Source of the DNA: Mytilus edulis
Lineage: Eukaryota
Assembly: GCF_963676685.1 (NCBI RefSeq)
Contig: NC_092352.1
Coordinates: 24,924,001 to 24,988,000, forward strand
DNA length: 64,000 nt
Direction: 5' to 3'
Shown here: piece by piece, positions 34,626 to 49,029 of the stretch
How positions within the stretch are numbered: the stretch's first letter is position 1
How the letters are laid out: each line of letters opens with the position of its first letter
The notes under the pieces: model-generated
What the model was told of the DNA's origin: nothing
Seen by the model: the letters and a program-made list of their open reading frames with translations, nothing else
Database searches by the model: none
Translations under genes and position numbers: made by a program

Positions 34626-37600
34626 AGTTTACTATTATATCAACAAAATAATAAAATTGTATGCCACGGTCATATAAGTGAGAGGTTAAGCTAGCTATAA
34701 AACTAGGTTTAATCTAGCATTTTCTAAATTAGAAACTGCCTATACCAAAACCAGGAGTAGGACAACTATTCATTCGTTTGATGCGAAATGAGAGCTTTTG
34801 ATTTTGACATTTGATTATGGACTTTCCATTGTGAATTTCCCCCGGATTGCAGTATTTTTGGTTTTTTTTTGGCGTTAATAAGTGCGTGGTGTCGTGTGCT
34901 ATTGTTAATGGAAGATGTCCGTTGTTATTTTACGGTTTACATGTTATAATGGAGTGTTACATTACGTATCTATGCATTTCTCTGTGCTGATTGCTCTTAC
35001 GTTTGTTTGTTCTGTATTCGTGTTACGTAGTGTTGTCATTAAGCTATAGCTTTTAACATCGACATATATGCAGGAGGTTTGGTGACCCGAAAAACCAGGG
35101 TCCGACCAAATTTACAAAATTTTCAAGAGAGGAATATGGCAGATCGTATCAAAAAGTCTGTTTCTGTGTATTTTGACGTTTTTTCTTGTTTCCGTTGTTC
35201 CGTTGTTTTCCACTGTTAGTTGATGTGTTTCCCCAGATCTAGTTTGTAACCTGAATTTGTTTTCAGTAGAAAATCGATTGACTTTTTGAAAGCGGTAAAC
35301 TGTAGTTGCCTTGATTTGTGATTGTTTTTCTTTGTATAAAAGAAAAACTGGCAATTCTAAAGCAAAACACATTTTGAGCAAAAATCTTCAAACAGTTGAT
35401 ATTTGAATCGGAAACAGCCAAAAAAGCATGTTTGCTAACATAACGAATGAACTGTCAACTAATGATGGGTACCAGTAATAACACACTGTAAGCAAGCCAG
35501 CAAAAACCACTTACAGGTTCTATCCACCATTTTCTACATTGGAAAATGTCTGTAACAAGTCAGAAATGATAAATTCACCAAGTTCTGTTGTTTCCCTCAA
35601 TCGTTTTATGACTTTTGCTAATCAGCGGTTAACTACTGCTGCCTTTATTTCTTTAAAAGTAACAGTTTTATGAACATTTGAACATTTCATTTACTTTAAT
35701 ACTAGTAAAACAAATGCAACGTGAATTAGCATTATTGATTATATATTGTTTTCTTTTTATTGATTTAAATAGAATGTTATAACTATAGGTTCACTTGTTC
35801 TCTGTTGAGATACTGTGACAGAGACATACAAAAGTGAAATGCCTCCTAAGCACTGTTTTGTCACAACCATATTTCAGATGAACCCAATGACCACAATTTT
35901 CGAGTGTACACTTACTCCAATTGACAAACACTTTGAAACAACAGTTCTTTAGTTCTTGAGTAGGCCAGTAAGTTTGCATACACAGCCGCTGTCCGGATAG
36001 GAATGCCTTGTTCTTAAACTAGCTGATATGCATTATTGAATTGTGTTGGTGAATATTGTCTGTGCTCTTAAGTAAATTTCTGAAATTAATAAATGAAAAA
36101 TAAACTCATTTGAATTGTAATCTATATTTTTATTCAAATTTAATATGTAATTGTTCAATTTTATGAAAGGGATATAATAAATTTTAATATGTTTTGAAAA
36201 ATAAAAACAATGTTGGCAATAAAACATGTATCACTGTATACTTCATTCTTCGGATGAAAATCAAGCGATAAAACATTTAAAATTATATAATGGAAGATAT
36301 TTGTTTTTTAAAAAGTGATTCCCGCTTAAAAGTAAAAACGTGTCACAACACAGTCACGTGACTTGAAAAAAAAATAAAAAGAGGAAGCAGACGGCTACAT
36401 ACTTACTCTAAAAATTTGTAGACACATTTTCAAAATTGACTAATATATTTATAAGTTCAGTTCACACCTATTATTTATTCTAATATAAACAACCATTCTT
36501 TCTGTGTTTAGCTTGCATCTTATTGAAATATTCAGTCAATATGTATTGTAGTATGTTGACAAGTTTTTAAATAAATTGTGTTTTTTTTAACAAGCGTCTC
36601 GTTTCGATGGCGGGTCATTTTTATTTTATTCCACTAGTCCAAATCGATATAATAGATATAATCGATAGAGAATGACATATTCATTATTTGAAAAGTGAAA
36701 AAAATAGGAGAAATAGTGCAAATACTTTATTGACCCAATAGGCGGTATGATTTCAAAGCGACTTTATACACAATGTATCAATCATCTTCTAGAATTGGCC
36801 TAACTACACTAGTACTATAATGAGCCTGCTCGATATAAGAAGTGACTTTATTTGAATTACAAAATCACATCGTTGTTATTTACAAAATCCTCTCCTCTCC
36901 CATCTGTTGTATTTGAGCATACTCGGATGTTGATTCCCTCAGCACAAGCAATTATATCACTTTAATAGATTATTTTCTTTTTTATTTTGGTTCATTTGTT
37001 TAAGAGTTTAGTGCGGCATCAGTTTTTGCCGAGGGGTCAGCTGAGCCCTGATAAAGACCCACTGGTGGTCATCGGCTGATTTGTGCTTTTTTGTCGGGTG
37101 GGGCTCTCTTTGGCACATTCCCCATTTCCATTCTTAATTTCATGTAGTTTTAGAATTTTGATAAGATTTTTTGAATTCCTCTCCAAAAATCAAGCTACAT
37201 AATAATATCATAAAGGGAGGCAGGCTATCATGACTTTGAATTATAGTCCATACTTTCCAATACAAAACTTATGTGCTTGCTATAGTTAATTAAAGTTGTG
37301 CTGTCTTGACCTCATATAGATATTTCTGTAAACAAAAATGCTAAACTGAATTGCACATGGAGGAACCTGCTAGTCTGTCCCTCCTATACCCAAGCCTTGC
37401 ATCATTAGATGTATTTGATGGCCCTATATTTTTATTCAACTTTTGTAGTGATATTTGAAATGTTCATTGTTAATGCTAGTAAATCTATTTAATAATCTGT
37501 ACGCAATGAAAAAGATAGAACAGCGGTTCAATATTGCGTCTGGCGTATATACAAAATTTAGTCCTGGTATCTATCACGAGTTTATATACAGCTGTAATTT

Positions 37601-38131
37601 CAGCCTTTGATTCACCGGAAGTTAAGGAATTTGTATAATGGGAGAGTCAGTGCCAGAAAACAATTTGTTCATGTTATTTTCAATATGTTCAAAATTACTG
37701 TCTGGGTTATAGTTCTTAGAACATGGTTTGAATTTCACTTCTCCTGAAGTGCTTCCGTCTTGTATCAATTATATCTATCTTCATTGGGGCAGATATATTT
37801 TTGTTTCCTCTAATCCCGGTCCCTTATACATTTAACTGCACAATTGTTTTATTTAGAATGCATCAGAAGTCCTTCAGCACATTCCTATAAAAGATAACCT
37901 GATCAATTTGGTCTTATTTCTATAGTGCAATATCCTTTTTAAATACCAATTGCCCGACTATTATTCTGACAATCCTAACTGTGACATTGCCGTTTCAAAA
38001 TAATTTAATTTTCTATTTCGAGACAAATACCGTTTACTATTTCCATTGGTTAAATGACAGTTTATTGGGCCAGAAAATCATCTTACTTGTATTTTACTAG
38101 TGACTAGCCAATACTTTATTTAATATAAAGC

Positions 38132-38575
38132 ATGCATATTTTTGAACACCCCAAGGGTCACGGACTGGGGTATAGAAATATGGTCACTTGGTCTTCTCCC
38201 GACCGGCAGTAAAACGCTTGCCGAAGTGGGGCGTCCGTTTGGCTGTGCGGGATGTATCAAGTTCGCAGTCACGTCCGGTCAGAAAGGGGACGTTAAATCC
38301 GACGCCTCGTGTAAAGAGAGTGCCACGCTCTTTGCACGTTAAGAACCCTTGCAACAACTCTTTGGGGGTCCGTAGGTGGCCTGTTGCAAGGCAACATTAC
38401 TGTCCCTATCCAATATCCCCTCATTTTCCAGTGGCAATCCAAATTTCCCCGACCATCATCCCAGATGGCCCCTATTGTATCAACCTACCTATTGTATTTA
38501 TTGTGAACTTGTTCTCGTCCTGAATACGCATGAAATATTTGCCACTGGACGTTAAGCAACCAACAATCAATCAAT
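38132..38575 (+). mobile_element. SINE with structured GC-rich head, TTGCACGTTAAGAACCC core and (CAAT)n tail
   Basis: Homologous copies at 11465-11740 (minus) and 56810-56915 (head); tail fragments at ~50345-50410 and 52705-52765. Confidence 0.75.
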
Positions 38576-38722
38576 TAATTTTTTGAAAAAAGCATAGTAA
38601 AATCTTCATTTTGGCCACTTATAAGAAAATTCTGTCTCAAAAAATATATACTTATTATCTACCTTAAATTGTTTTACATTGTCATTTCTGGACCTTTTAT
38701 AGCTGACTATGCGGTATAGGCT

Positions 38723-40564
38723 TTCAGATACACCTATGGACCAATTTCCCATGTTATAACAGGAGACCTTAACATCGTTCGCGACCGAGAGTTAAAATCA
38801 TTCCTCAGTAAAGGACCTAAATATCGTCCCCCGTCAACTATTAACTGGAATGAGTGTCGTAATATCATCAACGACTCACTCCGCGCCTACTGTTTGAAAT
38901 GGGTAAAACGGGAAAAAGCTGACAACAAATCTTTGGACTCTTTTTTTAATTCAGTAATGAAGATAGTTGATATTCGAATACAACATTTTAAAGAACATTT
39001 TACCCTCAACAAAAACTATAAAAACCCTATTTCGCGTATCAAAAATAAACTAACAGAACTAGCCAAGGAATTTGTTTTTGTCCCGGCTGATAAAGCTGCT
39101 AATAATATCCTTATTGTTTGACGTAAATTTTATATAGAGGTTCTGCAAAAGGAAATCACGAATTCACCAACATTCCAACTGACTTCATTTTCAGAAAACG
39201 ACATCTGTAACAAACATAAACTTTTGGCTACTTCTTTACAAGCAGAACCAAACACAATGAAAGTCCCAACTATGTACTGGCTTCCGAAGCTGCACAAAAA
39301 ACCCTACAAATATAGATTTATTTCATCTTCTAGCCATTGTTCAACTACTAAATTGTCTGTTTTACTTACTAGTACACTTGGTACAATAAAAAACCTGATA
39401 ATAAATTGTTCAAATAAGGCCTTTGAAAATAGTGGAATTAATTACTTTTGGAGTGTCAAAAACTCGTTGGAAGTACTTGATAAATTGCATGCATATATTG
39501 GTGATTTTGAATCTGTTCAAAGTTTTGATTTTTCTACCCTATATACCACTTTGCCTCATATTCTTATTAAGAAAAAATTCACATCCCTAATTAACTGGGC
39601 ATTTAAAAAGTCGGAATGCGAGTACATATGTTCAAACTCTTTTAGATCATTTTTTAGTAGCAATAAGCAAAAGAACTATGTCAATTGGACATGCTTTGAT
39701 ACTATTTATGCACTTGAATTTTTACTTGATAACATTTTTGTTCGCTTTGGAGATTCCGTATATCGTCAAGTTATTGAAATTCCAATGGGGACTAACTGTG
39801 CACCACTTATTGCGGACCTGTTTTTGTATTGTTATGAGTTACAATTTATGACTAAAATTAGCAAAGACCCATCAAAACAACATTTGATACAAAAATTTGA
39901 CAATACTTTTAGATATTTGGATGATATATTGGCTCTAAATAATGACGACTTCAGTATGTATACTAAAGAAATTTATCCTGTAGAACTTACTTTAAATAAA
40001 GCTAATGATAACAATGACCACTGCCCTTTCCTCGATCTTGATATCTATATCATAAACGGGAAGCTTAATACAAAAATTTATGATAAAAGAGATGATTTTT
40101 CATTTCCTATTGTTAATTATCCATTTTTAGATGGTGACGTTCCCTTGTCACCATCTTATGGTGTTTATATATCTCAACTTGTACGATTCGCTCGTGTATG
40201 TAACAATGTATTAGATTTTAGCGAGAGAAATTTATGTATTACTGAAAAATTATTACACCAGGGTTTTCGATATCACAAACTGGTCAAAACATTTACTAAA
40301 TTTTATCACCGGTATAAGGAAATAATTCGTAAATATAACTCAACATGCAGACATCTTATACGTTCAGGTATTTCACATCCAAAATTTTATGGAAATATTC
40401 TTTATAAAGCACAAAAGTGTCAGTATTCACCTCAGAAACTAACAAAACCTTTAAATAGACTTATTAAAAGGGGATATAGTTACGATACTGTTGTCAGGTC
40501 ATTAAAGATTGCATATTTTGGCTTTAACATTGATTCACTGATAGGGTCTTTGCATCGGAACTAA
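38723..40564 (+). CDS. Penelope-like reverse transcriptase, probable selenoprotein (in-frame TGA 39119-39121)
   Basis: Single open frame HVITGDL..LSKGPKYR..DKAANNILIV*RKFY..YWLPKLHK..FDFSTLYT..IPMGTNCAP..RYLDD; only one internal stop; no C-terminal GIY-YIG. Confidence 0.88.
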
Positions 40565-40607
40565 ACACATTTATTTCTAAAAAAACAGTTATTGGCATGA
40601 CACGGGT

Positions 40608-40694
40608 TATGTTCTTCTCATATATTTTATGATAGTATGATACTAAACCCCTAACGGGAGGGATTGTACCTGATATTCATATGATGAAGACATA
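40608..40694 (+). ncRNA. Type II SECIS element in the retroelement 3' UTR
   Basis: Stem I TATGTTCTTCTCATAT/ATATGATGAAGACATA; ATGA(40629)-T; 11-bp stem II with two mismatches; AAA 40645-40647; mini-stem CCC/GGG; TGAT 40671-40674. Confidence 0.8.
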
Positions 40695-43600
40695 ATCTTT
40701 CAATCAGTTTAATTGAGGTCTGGAGCTGGCATGTCAGTTAACTGCTAGTAGTCTGTTGTTATTTGTGTATTATTGTCATTTTATTTATTTTCTTTTGTTA
40801 CATCTTTTGACATCAGACTCGGACTTCTCTTGAACTGAATTTTAATGTGCGTATTGTTATTCTTTTACTTTTCTACATTGGCTAGAGGTATAGAGGGAGG
40901 GTTGAGATCTCATAAACATGTTTAACCCCGCCGCAATTTTGCGCCTGTCCCAAGTCAGGAGCCTCTGGCCTTTGTTAGTCTTGTATGATTTTAAATTTTA
41001 GTTTCTTGTGTATAATTCGGAGTTTAGTATGACGTCCATTATCACTGTACTATTATGCATATTTTAGGGGCCAGCTGAAGGACACCTACGGGTGCGGGAA
41101 TTCTCGCTACATTGAAGACCCATTGGTTGCCTTCGGCTGTTATTTGCTCTATGGTCGGGTGGTTGTCGCTTTGACATATTCACCATTTCCTTTCTCAATT
41201 TTATTTGCTCATTGTTAAAGGCCGTACGGTGACCTATGGTTGTTAATTTCAGTGTCATTTTGGTCTCATTGGCAATCTTTCCACATCTTCTTTTTTTTAT
41301 ATATATTGTATGACTATTAAACACCAGTATACTACTGTTGCCTTTATTTATGCGTATTCTAGACTCGAATAAAATAATACTCACAACAATAGTTAGGTTT
41401 TGTATACAATTATAAAGGACATGATCACCAAGTTTTAGGTTGGGTCTTCTTGCTCAGTCTTTTGTGTTTAAATATAAAAAAGAAGATGGGGTATAGTCAT
41501 AGAGTTAACTTGTCACGGATGTCTTAAGCCGTGCAGATGTTTTATTATTATTTATGCGATGCGACTGTCATACAAGTGAGAGGTTCTATGTTGTGTCATG
41601 TGTACTATTTTTTGTCTGTTTGTCCTTTTCATTTTAAGCCATGGCGTTGTCAGTTTATTTTCGATTTATGAGTTTGACTGTCCCTCAGGTATCTTTCGTC
41701 CCTCTTTTAGCGCTATAAAAGCCAGGTTCAATCCACCATTTTCTACATTTGAAAATGCCTATACCAAGTCAGGAATATGACAGTTGTCCATTTGTTTAAT
41801 GTGTTTTGTCATTTGATTTTGCCATTTGATTAGGGACTTTCCGATTGCATTTTCCTCGGAGGTCAGTAATTTGTGATTTTACTTTTTATATATTTTATAA
41901 TTATATGATTTAGACAACTGCTTTACACCCGTATAAGTATGACCATATCAGTAATTTATGTCAACACAGAAGTGCTGACTACTGGAGAAAATAACTGTAT
42001 CATGCTAACAAATGGTTTTAGAATAAGTAAATAGAATCCTGACATCTAGATTTCTTTTGGAATTTGTTATCTATACTATTAATCGAGGAGACCTTATTTT
42101 GTGTGTCGCCCCTCTTCCTTCCGCAATAAATTAATCATCATGCCTCTGTGTCCTATAGATACCATGCATAGTCGCATTTTTCATCCATTCTTATGATTAT
42201 TCAGTTTGGGTTATTTTGGGAGAAACACGAAAAAAGACGTCCGGATATTGTTTCCGTCATCATACCGACTTTTAAGTCCTCTACAAGACTTCCGGTTATT
42301 TTTAAAATACTAAAGCTTTTCTACCTCAGAATTAGATAACCTCCAGTATTTGGTGGGGTTAGTGTTGCTCAGTCTTTAGCATGTTTAGTTTTCTATCTTG
42401 TTTCTTTTGTACTTTTGTTTGTCTTAGTTATTTTAAGCCATGGCGTTGTCAGTTTATCACCGATTTATGAGTTTGACTGTTCCTCTGGTACCTTTCGCAT
42501 CTCTTTTGAATTTAAATATTTTTTAGGAATTTTTAGTCTTTAATGCTCTTCAACTTCGAATTTTATTTGGCCTTTTTAACTTTTTTTGATTTGAGCGTCA
42601 CTGATGAGTCTTTTGTAGTCTGGCGCACATGTTAAATTTCAAGCTATATATTTGTTTATTATAATACTAACATCTAACAGATGTACGTGTTGAACAAACT
42701 AATATTTAACTATCTGTTGAATATACATGTGTGTGTATTCTTTATTGTCTCCTTGTCTTAGAAGTGCAGCTCCATATGTATTAAACTGAGGATGAAAATC
42801 TCTCAATTCTTTTGTATTTGAATTTACATTTCATAACTATTTGAATGTTCAAAATACTAATTTCAAATTGGTTTAATTGGAAAATTTCCAAAGATTAAAT
42901 CATCATTTTATTAAGATCAACATGAATAAAAAGCTAATTACCTCACAGTTACAATTGCAATACTTTTGATAAATCAACAGAAATAATTGCAGATGTAATT
43001 TATCGTGACGCATTTAGTAGATGATTGATGTATTATAGTAATCAAGCCATGTTTCATAAACTGTAAAAATGCTAATTTAAAGAATTTATTGAATTAAGCG
43101 CTATTTCATAAGCGATTCGGTATATGAAATATGAAATTAAAGTTTACTTCAACCTCTGGGGCAGTAACTTGTTTTTGTAATTTTCATATAAAATCTTCAA
43201 GCCTAATCAATTATGAAGGCTACAATCCTTCATGAAACATATATGCACTATCCCACGACTAGAAAGTTTTTGTTGTTTCTGGTGTTCTTTTATTTTCATC
43301 TAATAATGACACGTTTCCCTCAATCTTGGTTTTTAACCCCGATTTGTTTTCTTTTAATCGATTTTAAGACTTTTGGGACAGCGGTTGACTAGTGTTGCCT
43401 TTATTATGTACAAGCATAATATATATATATATATAGTAAATAAGAATGCAGACTAATGCCATAGACTTCTGTTACAGTTCTTCGAGTATCAGCATCGTTG
43501 ACTGCCATGTCTGAAAATTTATTAGCTTTGAAAAAATCCAAATAAACTTATTTGTTTTGAAGGAATATAATAAACTTTTCTGATACTTAGCTTCTATAGA

Positions 43601-44477
43601 AGCAATGCTCAATGCAAAGGGGAAACAAATCACTGCTCATTAGTTACCACATTTCAAACCCATACCTCACGTTTGTTTCAAACACTCAGATGACTTTGTT
43701 TGAAGAATGAGGTAATGATATATAAATAACAAAGGTATTTTCCATTCAATTTCTATGATAAGGCCTCAATGACTATGGTAAAAATGCAAACTGCAGTTAT
43801 CTGTTAATGATTTCTTCACTTTCGGTTTTCCGATTCATAGAAAATACAGCAATTTTACAGTATTCAGAAAATTAGTAGATCGTAATGAATATTGATGATA
43901 AATAGTTTTTTCAGTCATCTAATGATTTCAGATAAGTCCAATAGACGACTGGGTTGCAAGGTACATAAAAAATGGGGGACAAAAATAGACGAATGCTAGA
44001 CAAATTAGGCTGTATACAAAAAAGACAACTCAGACTGCTTATAAAGTCAACTGCCAATCAATAAATCATCATCGACTCAGTCAAAGTATAAAATTTAAAA
44101 TTTTCACTATAAATATTATTTAATGAAAAAGACTGAGTCAGATGAGAAATTATATTTAATATAAAAGACTGTCTCGGAACAACAAAAGTCATTATCGTCT
44201 CTGATAAAATTCGAATCCCATTTATAGTATACAAAAAAAAAAAAAAAAAGACTACTTGAATCGTCTATGAAGATATACATGTATGTATAGACAATTCAAG
44301 TTCACAACTTGTAAATTAATTGTTGTTCTTATAGAATAATATATAAATAACAAATAAATTCAACGTATAGAATAATATATAAATAACAAATAAATTCAAC
44401 CTTAACTTTTTTCTCAATAAAGTATGTAAAAAATAGATTCAGATAGTAAGTAAATATTTGAATTCACATTTTTTATT

Positions 44478-44635
44478 TAAGAATTGAATGCTTCTTTTAG
44501 TAAATTTATTGGGGTGTAAAAGCGTTGACCGAAGTACATTTTGTATGAAGCGCGGAAGCGCTTCATTATAAAAATGTGCGCACGGTCAACGCTTTTACAA
44601 CCCTATAAAGTTACAAAAAGAAGCATTCAATACTT
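44478..44635. repeat. Long imperfect palindrome (~75-bp arms), probable palindromic MITE
   Basis: ATTGAATGCTTCTTT..AAAAGCGTTGACCG..ATGAAGCGC-GGAA-GCGCTTCAT..CGGTCAACGCTTTT..AAAGAAGCATTCAAT. Confidence 0.8.
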
Positions 44636-45359
44636 ATAATTACATTTTTTAGTTATGATTATGAAAACACGAATTTTATATATTTTTTTATTTAATTCAC
44701 CTGTGCACTTTATTGTTGGACCACGTGTTACCATGAATGAAAAGTTATTGAGCAATGCACAGTGCTTACGGAATAACACGTGATGTGCAGTTACCCAATC
44801 AGAATAAAGTTTTATAATGAAACATACATCTAACTGTAATTATTGTGTCTTTAAACATCTAACATATCAAAACACATTAAAGATGTCAAGCAACAATTTT
44901 GGTTCGCTTTTAGTTTTGCTTCTAACTAAAACCCATCAAATTAAGACATTTGGAAGGACTTTTGACAGGATGTCGGAACTGACTAATTACAACCATAGAA
45001 TTTCTAGATTGAGACTTCTTTACAGAATCAAGATGATGAAGCCCTCAGAATGGACTAGTAATAAAGAAATTAAAACAAGAGCAGCATTATTGGAATTGGT
45101 AAAAACAAACAAGAAGGAAGGAGCAGATCAATTCAATAAAGTATGGGAAGAGGCAATGGGCCATTTCGTTGCTATTGAGCAGCATACCAGCTCTGGGAAG
45201 CGGAAACACGGTACGTCTAGGCCAGAATAGACTTGTCATCCAGAGGGAAAATTGCACATCTTCGAATTAAAGAAACATCAGAAGAGATATGGTTCACAGT
45301 AAAACTGGTTCATTGAGTCGTGAAAGACTCAAAGTCAAAGGACAACCTGTTACCTTCAG

Positions 45360-45890
45360 ACATAGGACAACTGTCAAAAACAAGAATATCAAAAGAAGTC
45401 AGATTGTTTCATTTCACTTTCTGATATATTGATGATGTTCTTTCCATTAACAATCCAAACTTTTCTGATTGGGTTCCATTAATATATCTACCAGAACTAG
45501 AAATTAAAGAAACGACAGACACGGCTTCATCTGCCTCATTTGACATGAATTTGACACACACAGTCATCTCAGTATCAGATTCTATGAAAAACGAGACGAT
45601 TTTAATTTTGAAATTACAAATTTCCCTCACCTTAGTAGCAATATACCAACTTCACCTGAATATGGGATATACATTTCCCAACTTGACTTATTCGATATTC
45701 AAGAGCTTGCTGCTCTTACTCATTTTTTGTAAAACATCATCAGTGTCCTAGTAGAAATTTTATGAACCAGGTTTATGTCAAAGAACGTATCGTCCTTTTT
45801 CTAAAATCAAGTTCATCAGAAGGTACCAAGACCTTGTTGATAAATATTCCGTATCAACTTCAGAAATGATACACGATGATTCTGTGTACT
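45360..45890 (+). pseudogene. Degenerate Penelope-like RT remnant (second family)
   Basis: FTF*YIDDVLSINNPNFSDWVPLIYLPELEIKETTDT..YEKRDDFNFEITNFPHLSSNIPTSPEYGIYISQL. Confidence 0.8.
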
Positions 45891-46779
45891 AACATTGTTT
45901 ATCATCTTAACAACGTGTTATTATGTTCTTTTGTTTGTCTTTGTTCTATTATTAATATAACTTTTACTGTTTGGTTTGTTTTCTGTGATATCCATTTGAC
46001 GTGGCTCGGTACTAATACATTCCGTCAATGTGTTTGTATTATTTTTCATTTTTGCTGGTGCGTTTTGTATATGCGACTTTTTCTGTTTCTTTGGTTCTTT
46101 TAACGTGACTCGGTACTTTAGAAGATCCCTTCATTATGTTATTGTTCTATTATATGTCATTATGTCATTGTTATATTATGAAAATACTTTGAACGAAAAA
46201 ATTATGTTACTCGCGTAGTGATATTAACCATATGTGGATTCTTAAAAAATCTGAAGAACTTTTGGACAATTTTAAATTTCGGTCTGTTTCTGAAATTAAT
46301 TCTACAATAACTTTTATTTTGTTAACCCTATATACCACCATTCCCCATGTGAAATTATAATTTTTTGGAATAAACTTTAAACGACAAAATTTCTTCCTAC
46401 GTGACGCTTACATTTTCTGACGTCAGATACGCGAAGCAATGAATGTGTTTTTTAACTTGATAGATGCTTTTGTACTTTTTTGTAAATAATTGTTTGTTTT
46501 GAGTTTGTAACACAGGGATGCCTGCTGTACCCATATTTGGACTATTTTACCTATAATGTCTGTTTTGTTCACGCATCGTTGTGCATATAATGGAATTTGA
46601 TGCGACTGTCATACAAGTGAGAAGGTTTTGCGCTATGAAACCAGGGGTGCTTTTCATTATGCGGTACGTACCAGCTTGAACCCCTCGAACCTGAAATGGA
46701 ACGCACCGTACCATACGGTTCGTCTGATTCGTCGATTTCCCCAATCCAATACAGATCTAAGTTGGCGGAAAATACAGTT

Positions 46780-48446
46780 TAAGGAAAATGTAAACAATTT
46801 TCAATTAGAGATTACAGAAAAGGAAAGATATATGATGATGTTTCAACGGCGCAGAACACTTGCGATTTTAAAGAAAACATATGATTACACGATCACTAAC
46901 AGACAATGCAACCAGAGGACGTATTGAACTTTAAATTTAAAGATTACAAGTTTCAATCCACATGGAATATGATGAATTTTTACCATGAAAGTAAGTATTA
47001 ATAAGGAAAATCATGTTTATATAAATGATTTATCTTAATATTGACACTTTTTTTAACCATGAGCAATAAGTAAATTATATGCTGTCTCCCAAAAATTATT
47101 TGTAACCAACTGTTTGTCCAATAACATATGATATTGTCAGATCATACATTGTCATAAACATGATAAGCAAATGATAAGTTTTTGTAAAAAAAAAATAAAA
47201 CCTGAAAGTTTGAATTAAATTAAACCAGTCTGCAGAATCGGGCTAATTGTGTAGCCTGTATGTAACTTGTTGGTTTATCTTTTCAATTTTTTTTAATTTC
47301 AAACCCATACACAGCTATATTAAACGAACCCTTATTAGGGCTTCACCGAAAAGTAAATTAAACCCTAGCCGGGGCTGCCATAGGGATAGGGCCAAACTCC
47401 TCATTCAAGTCACAATTTGTAAAAATAAATATAGATTAAAGTATGGTCTTCAACACAGTCTTGGCTCACACTAAACACAAAGCTATTAAAATCCCTAAAA
47501 TTGAATTCGCCAAACAACAATGAGCAATCCAAAACCAACGGCCTAGATCCTGTCTATATAACAAACAAGAAACCCTTAAAAACCCATCAACAAATGACAA
47601 CCACTGAACGTCAGTATCATGACTTAGGACGGGAAAAAAACAAATATACATATACATGTATGCACCATATTCAATTCTTATAATAACATTTCTTTGATAG
47701 AGTCATGAAAACACGATTCCTATAGAGTTTTTATTTTATTTAATTACATGTACTGTATGCACTTTACTGTGGTACATTGTAGCTCAATGTATATTCGTCA
47801 TTATTGTTACATTTCTGATTGGAAATTAAATGAAGGTTGATTTTAAAATGACATGATGTTCTTGTAAATGTAAGCCAATCACAATAACATTGTTATATTT
47901 ATGTTCGTTTCTGTGTGTGTTACATTTTAACGTTGCGTCGTTTGTTTTCTCTTATTTTTGAGTGTAATTTCACATTCAGATAAGACGTGTCACGGTACTT
48001 GTCTCGTGGATTGTGTCTGATGCTTGGTCCATTTCTCTGTGTGTTACATTTTAGTGCTGTGTCGTTGTTCTCTTATATTTAATGCGTTTCCCTCGGTTTT
48101 AGTTTGTTACCCCAATTTTGTCCATGGATTTATGAGTTTTGAACAGCGGTATACTACTGTTGCCTTTATTATGCCATAATGTAATGTAATTATTCGCATG
48201 TAAGAAAAAATAAACATTTTCTGACATATTTAAATTCCATTTTTTATTGTTATAATGAACTATATTTTTTAATGTGTCTCACCTAAACCACCACATTTAT
48301 AAATATGCATCATTACATTGTAGATCCAGAGCATCTACAAAAATTACTTGAAGAGCAGGGGCATCTTTTGGATAAAGATGGAGTCAATATCTTAACAGAA
48401 CAAGAAAGTACAGAAGAAGAAAATATTATAGTTATTGAACCAAGAC
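46780..48446 (+). pseudogene. Possible two-exon relic (Myb/MADF-like plus acidic exon), perhaps the partner of the convergent HARBI1-like gene
   Basis: ILKKTYDYTITNRQCNQR and donor AAA|GTAAGT at ~46991; exon TTGTAG|ATCC...AAGAC|GTATGT at 48324-48446 encoding PEHLQKLLEEQ..TEEENIIVIEPR. Confidence 0.3.
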
Positions 48447-49029
48447 GTATGTATAATATTGATGGAGAGAGCTATTTGAGATTCTTAATTCTATTTATCT
48501 GTCATTCTTGTACTTGTTACAATTTCTGTGAAACCTAAAACAAAATTTCATAATAAGAAAATATTAAGCAGATGTGCATATCAACTTAATTTATAGGAGT
48601 AGCGCCCCTTTTACCCTTTATTTTTTTAATATTACAACAGTATATCATATTCATTCATAGCAACTCCCCTGAAACTTAAAAACGAAACCTTGTAAATGAC
48701 AAATAAGATCTATGAAGATGTGCTTATCTTTAATCATTATGATATAATATAATTATATTCAAAAGCACTTTTAAATACTATATATGAGCTGATTAACACA
48801 TTGGCATACATTCATATTATTCACATGTGATTCTTATTACCATGATCGGACTGGTAATGACTTAAATATACCATAAGTATCACAAGCATGGTCTTCTTAT
48901 TCCTACTAAAACATATTAATAGTATTGGTGGTGGCATACTTGCAAATCAGGTACATTAGGTCTGATATATCAAAACATCTGTAAACACTGTAATAATAGT
49001 TATCAAAGGTACCAGGATTATAATTTAGT

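Larger units (their letters stand above)
38723..41203 (+). mobile_element. 5'-truncated Naiad-type Penelope-like retroelement inserted into another dispersed repeat
   Basis: RT ORF plus 3' UTR; flanks ..GCTGACTATGCGGTATAGGCTT | TGCTCATTGTT.. rejoin into the repeat seen intact at 10680-10750 (minus). Confidence 0.85.
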
